Of a stretch of 33,370 nt of DNA, positions 28,636-33,370 are shown one piece after another (positions within the stretch are counted from its first letter, which is position 1; each line of letters starts with the position of its first letter). The stretch is from Chrysochromulina tobinii (taxonomy: Eukaryota), in NCBI GenBank assembly GCA_001275005.1, contig JWZX01002482.1:1-33370 (forward strand), read 5' to 3'. Made by a program: the position numbers and the translations under genes. Below the pieces are notes generated by a model that ran no database searches, was not told the DNA's origin, and saw only the letters and a list, made by a program, of their open reading frames with translations.

Positions 28636-29652
28636 TGGGACCCGTCCACGCTCGTTGAGCGCTGACGACGATGGCTACCGCTGCGAGCACGCGCACGACG
28701 AGGACGACCTCCACCGTTTGCTTCCCTCCGCGGATGTGCAGCGATGCGAGCTCCTCCCCACTGCTGGTGCCGTCTGCAGATTAGCACCGTTCCAACACCC
28801 GAGCTCCCTCGGAGGCTGTACACGTTGCCTGCGCCCTGCGGTTCGGCCTTCACCCGTGAGGTGTGCCACGTCAGCGGTATGCGCCAGGCCGCCTCACCCT
28901 CAACCGGCCCGGGTGCGCGCGTTCGAGACTGATGCGATCGCATCACGCCCTTGCAGATAGCCGTGCATGCCGCCATCCGCCGCCGCCACCGCGAGGACGC
29001 GATCGTTCGCCGCCTCTCGCCGCCACCACCGCCGCAGCGACGCGATCGTTCGCGCGGGCGCCGTCGCGAAAGAGCGCTGTCACGAGCGGCTTCGTCGGCG
29101 CGAGCGCTGGCACGGGCGCGGGCGGCGCCATGGACGCGAACGTCGGCGTGGGCAGTGTCATTGGCGCGAGCGCCGGCGCGAGCGGCACATCGGCTGGCCT
29201 CGATGGTGTCGCTGCAACGGGCGCACACACGCCAGTGCTGCTTCTTGAAGTGCTTGCGCAGCTTGTTCTGTGGCTGGCCGTTGGGGCCTAGGAAGCGGCG
29301 CGGGATCGGCTACTTTCCATGATGAGGCGGCCATTCCGATCGAGCAGTGGAGCGTGGCTTCCGCCACACAATATACTTTTCTGTGTTCCGGTAGTGCAAG
29401 TGTTCATCTTCGCGGGTACAGATGTGTTGAGTCGGGGGTGCTTGAGTTTTTGACGTCGGGGGCGCGGGTGCTTATCGCAGAAACCAGTGGTCCCGTTCAC
29501 CCAACGCGATAGTAAGCAGCCTGGTGGGAGCTGCTCTAGCAACATGATTGCCGCAACCTTAACATCAGTCCGGTCCAATAACCGGTCCAATTTAACAGTA
29601 CTCACTCCTGGTATGTGGGGCGCGGGCGCTTTAGCTCTCAACTGACAGGCTT

Positions 29653-30143
29653 TTAGCTGCCTACCCGGTGGTGGTCATAAATGAAGCTGCTGCGCTTGTC
29701 CAGTGTTGCCTTTAAGTTGACCTCCTTGGTCCTCCCTTGCTTGGAGTAGACAACCTTCTCAAGGTTCGATTCCCATGACTGTTGTTCGTCCTCAGTCGAG
29801 AAGTGTGGTTGAGAGAGTGGCACCGCGCACCTGATATGGTCGAGCTGGACGACGCCATACCACGCCTTTGCATAGTGTGCCTTGGCGGCGCCCTGTGTCT
29901 GCGTACGGACCGCGTACACGTAACGACGAAAGGGCACACCACCAGGTATGCCTCGCTGGCGGATAGCGTCCAATTGGTCCTCGCCTTTCTCCTCCTCCTC
30001 CCCCTCTTCCTCTTCATCCTCGATGTCCCCATCCCCGTTCCCATCCTCGTCCTTGTCCTCGTCCTCGTGCTCCTCGTGCTCCTCGTCCTTTTCCTTGTCT
30101 TCATCTTCATCCTCTTCGTCCCCATTCCCATTGCCGTTCTCGT

Positions 30144-30208
<65 letters not shown>

Positions 30209-33200
30209 CCCTCGTCCTCGTCATCGTCATCGTTTCCGTCCTCGACGTCATGCTCAGCATCGGCCTCCTCCTCGTCGTCCTTGTCCTCATCGCCTTCCTC
30301 GTCGTCCTCGTCCTCGTCCTCATCCACACCGCTGCTGACACGGCGCGAACGCTTGGATTTTGGCTCCCGCATGCGCGCCTCCATTCGGCTCCAGGCATCG
30401 TCTGCACTCTCGACCTCGTCTTCGTCCTCGTTGACGAACAGCTGACCGATCTCCTCATTTGGCGCATCGTCCATCCAGCGCACAAGCGCGAGATCGGCGT
30501 GCTCGCCATCAGGTAGTTTGAACCGAAAGGTAAATATGAGCTCGCCCAAGAAGCCAAAAGCATCATACGTCGAGTCGTTGTGCTGCACCGAGACAAACTC
30601 TCGCCAAGCCGCTCCCTGATGACCACTCGAGGCATCGTACGCAGGCCGTGCCTTGCGCTTCAGCTGAAGCAAGCGAGCCACGCTGAACCCCATCTCCGCC
30701 TCATCATCGCCACCGTAGCCGCCCGCGCTGCTCGGCTCCTTAAACAGCATGCCAGGGCGCAGGTCCACACTCGCCATGCTCTCCGGCGGCAGCATCGGCA
30801 CATGGCTCATCGCAGGCTGTGGAGGGTCACAGATGCGCGTGGCGCTGGAAAGGGCGAGCAAGCTCCACACAGCATGACCGCCGCTACCATTATCACCGCT
30901 GCTGCCCGCACCGCGAGGCTCAAGCTGCTCAGGCGTTGCCACACTCTCGCGAAACGCCTGTGTCAGCGCAGGGAGGCTGTCCGTGAGTCTCTTGGAGAGA
31001 CGCGTTGCGGCCTTGGTCACAAGGGCTGGCAGCAAGCCACGCTGCTCAAACAAAACATCCACATTGACGAGCAGCGCCGCTGTCGCTGCCGCGGCGGCTG
31101 CGGTGGCCGCTGCCCTGTCAAACGTCTGCTGGGATGACACCTCCCATGATTTATGTGAGTCCAGACAGTCTGCAAGCCAGCAGTTTAAGGTGAATCTCAC
31201 CACCTTGCCCACTGCATGGGCAATGTCATCGATGCAGCAAGGATGGTTCGTGGGGTTCGTGGGCACAGTCACCTCGAGCTTCATCCGGATGTTCGCCACG
31301 ACGGTCGTTCCAGCGAGCGCCATAGGTACATCCTCATCGCCCCCATTGCAAAACACGCGGAGCGCCCCCTCGAGCAGCCTGAGCGGCGGGCAGGCACGTA
31401 GATTCTTGCCCTCCGTAGCTCCTGGCCGAAGAGAAGCCAGATCCAAGAGTTGGTGCTTCCCCTTCCGTGACCGTGGTCTTGGTAGGAGACGATTCTTGGT
31501 AGGATCTTTGCGGGGCGTAGGCGTAGGCGGCGGCTGGCAGCGCCGCCTGACGCCAGCTGCTTCAAGGATGAGGGCGAGAGCGCTGTTACCCTCGCGATCA
31601 GCCCACTCGGCCGCGCTAAGAGACGACCAAGATGCAGATGCCTGGGCGCGCGCGCTCAGCAGCATCCCGACGGTAGCGATCGCCCCCACGCGAGCAGGGC
31701 TGCGCGCAGCCGTGATCAGATGGGCGCAGCGTTCGGCCGTGCACCCACTGGCACTGGCGCGTGCCCTGAGGAGAAGGATAGCCGTGTCTGCATCACCCCT
31801 GCGGCACGCTGCGGCTAGTGCGTCATCGGCCGGACATCGACCAGTCACATCATCAACGCCTAAGGCGTCGACAACGCCGTTCTCTAGCAGATACACGACA
31901 TTCGCGTGAATGCCGAGCTCGGCTGAGCGCACAAGATCCGCGTTCGACAGCACTAGCCATCGCTCGGCATGCTTCATGGCGGCGAGTCGAGAAAGGTAGT
32001 CGGCGATCTGCTCTATGGCGTTGGACGTCTTGTTGGAATGGTGCTGGTACGCAATATGCAAGAGCTTTTGGCACATCTCGGCATGCTCGTCGTTCGTCCC
32101 ACCCATTAACGGGCCAAGCCATCGGACAAGTTGTGCCACATGGCTCAGCTTGTGCCAATTGTTGGAGAGGTGGAAGTTTTTGCGCCCCTCGAAAGCTGTA
32201 CGCATGACTGGCATGAGCTCCTTTGCAATCTGGTGCATGCGCCGCGTCGTGCTCTCGGAGATCATCGTCTGCTTGGTGATATTTGCAAACTCTCCAATCA
32301 GGTGCAGCGCCTTGATTGCGAGCTTTGCCCGGTTACCACGCTGTCGAGCCTCATTGACCTCGTCATCGTTCGTGGCGGCCTCCTCCTCAGAAGCGGCCGC
32401 TCGCGCAATGGACAGCAATGGCTCGTGCACGACCAGCGCGAAGAACTTGAAGGCGTTGGCCACATCGTACTTCGACTTGGACCGCACCGTTGGCGCGCCC
32501 GTCGCCTTGCGCAGGACGCCACCGAGCCCCTTGCGGCGGCAGCGGCCCAAGACGCAGTTCCAACCCTTGACTACATGTTGTTTGACGAACACGTTTGCAC
32601 GCGCAAGCCACGCATCGAATGCCCGCTGCCCGCCCATCTCGTCGAAGAGGAACTGCATTATGAGCTGGGCAGTATTCGGTCGCATGCACAGTCCCAAATT
32701 GTGCAGGTTGAGATAAGCCGACACATGGTAAGGCTGGATTTGCAGGTACGAGAGATATGTCACAGGCGGCTTTGGCGGCCACCTGAGGCCCAGCCGTGCG
32801 AGGTTCTTCTTGGCAACGCGCATCTCGAGGTCGCGGGGGCCACGAGCGTTCTGCATCGCATCGTGAGCGGCCATGAGCACCGGCTGCATGTTGGCTTTCG
32901 AGCGTGTGTCAGGAGCCCTGCCGAAGAACGCCCTCCGGCGGTTGGACTGTATGCAGTACGGGCAGCCCGTGACGCCAAGGACTGCGGCTTGTTGCGGGTT
33001 GTCCAGCACCAGCGCGTGGATGCCCGCGACAACCATCGTGGGCATCTCCACGTCAGCATCCCAACGCTGCTTACCGCCACGCCGCCCGCGCCAATCCTGA
33101 AGAGCTCGCCAAGCACTGCATCGTCGTATGCCGCCTCGCAGTTTGCCCGCAGTGTGACGCTTTCTTGTAATGCAGCTATCGTGGGCGTCTCAAATGAGAG

Positions 33201-33370
33201 CTTGGCCGCGATGCCAATGGTGAGCCATGCCCGCGGCTTGGACTGCTCTTCGAGTGGGATGTGCGCTGAGACCGCGTGCCACATCATGAATGACTCACCG
33301 TCGGGCTCGGCAGCCGCATCTTGAAAGAGGATGAACGTATACACGGCCCACGGCTTAAGAGTATGCAAGT
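29653..33370 (-). CDS. Plavaka/CACTA-related transposase-like protein (5' truncated; frame change near 33046-33075) with ankyrin-like insertion and acidic tract
   Basis: The upstream frame has FILFQD...SKPRAWLTIG...ELFRIGAGGV. The main frame has ALVLDNPQQ...CPYC, NLHNLGL, WHKLSHVAQLVRWLGP...DEHAEMCQK...AYQHHSNK, and a C-terminal LALVRWM...GVVQLDHIRCAVPL. This motif order matches Plavaka-type transposases as recalled. Confidence 0.72.

Larger units (their letters stand above)
28319..33370 (-). mobile_element. Putative Plavaka/CACTA-like DNA transposon, 3' portion; the other end lies beyond the window
   Basis: Inferred from the transposase-like ORF and the downstream subterminal motif array, which begins ~80 bp after the sugar transporter stop codon. 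The exact terminus is not defined. Confidence 0.55.

Noticed and set aside
29782..30516. Highly hydrophobic 244-aa ORF resembling a membrane protein
   Set aside because: It is the antisense reading of the GAG/GAC acidic tract of the transposase.

Overview
GC-rich eukaryotic genomic DNA with spliceosomal GT-AG introns. The composition, repeat-filled introns and a bipartite plastid-targeting presequence suggest an alga with a red-lineage plastid, possibly a haptophyte; this is inference only. From left to right the window holds: the 3' part of a UPF1-like SF1 helicase; a 1594-aa WW/IQ/EF-hand repeat protein; a 1244-aa fusion of 37-aa HPR/OPR-type helical repeats to an RsmC-like methyltransferase; a 3-exon coiled-coil protein with an FBXL4/pappalysin-like beta domain; a 3-exon CaMKK-like kinase with an N-terminal MGC motif and IQ motif; a tandemly duplicated gene pair of unknown family; a 6-exon tandem AlgH/YqgE (DUF179) protein; a Cys-less pentameric ligand-gated channel; a 2-exon MFS sugar porter; and a Plavaka/CACTA-like transposon carrying an ankyrin-like insertion and a subterminal repeat array. 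The most notable signals are the helical-repeat/RNA-methyltransferase fusion and the ten hand-predicted introns. These introns are mostly phase 0, most carry repeated branch-point-like CTRAY motifs on the sense strand, and several contain direct or inverted copies of their own splice junctions. All family calls come from motif recognition by eye; no searches were run.
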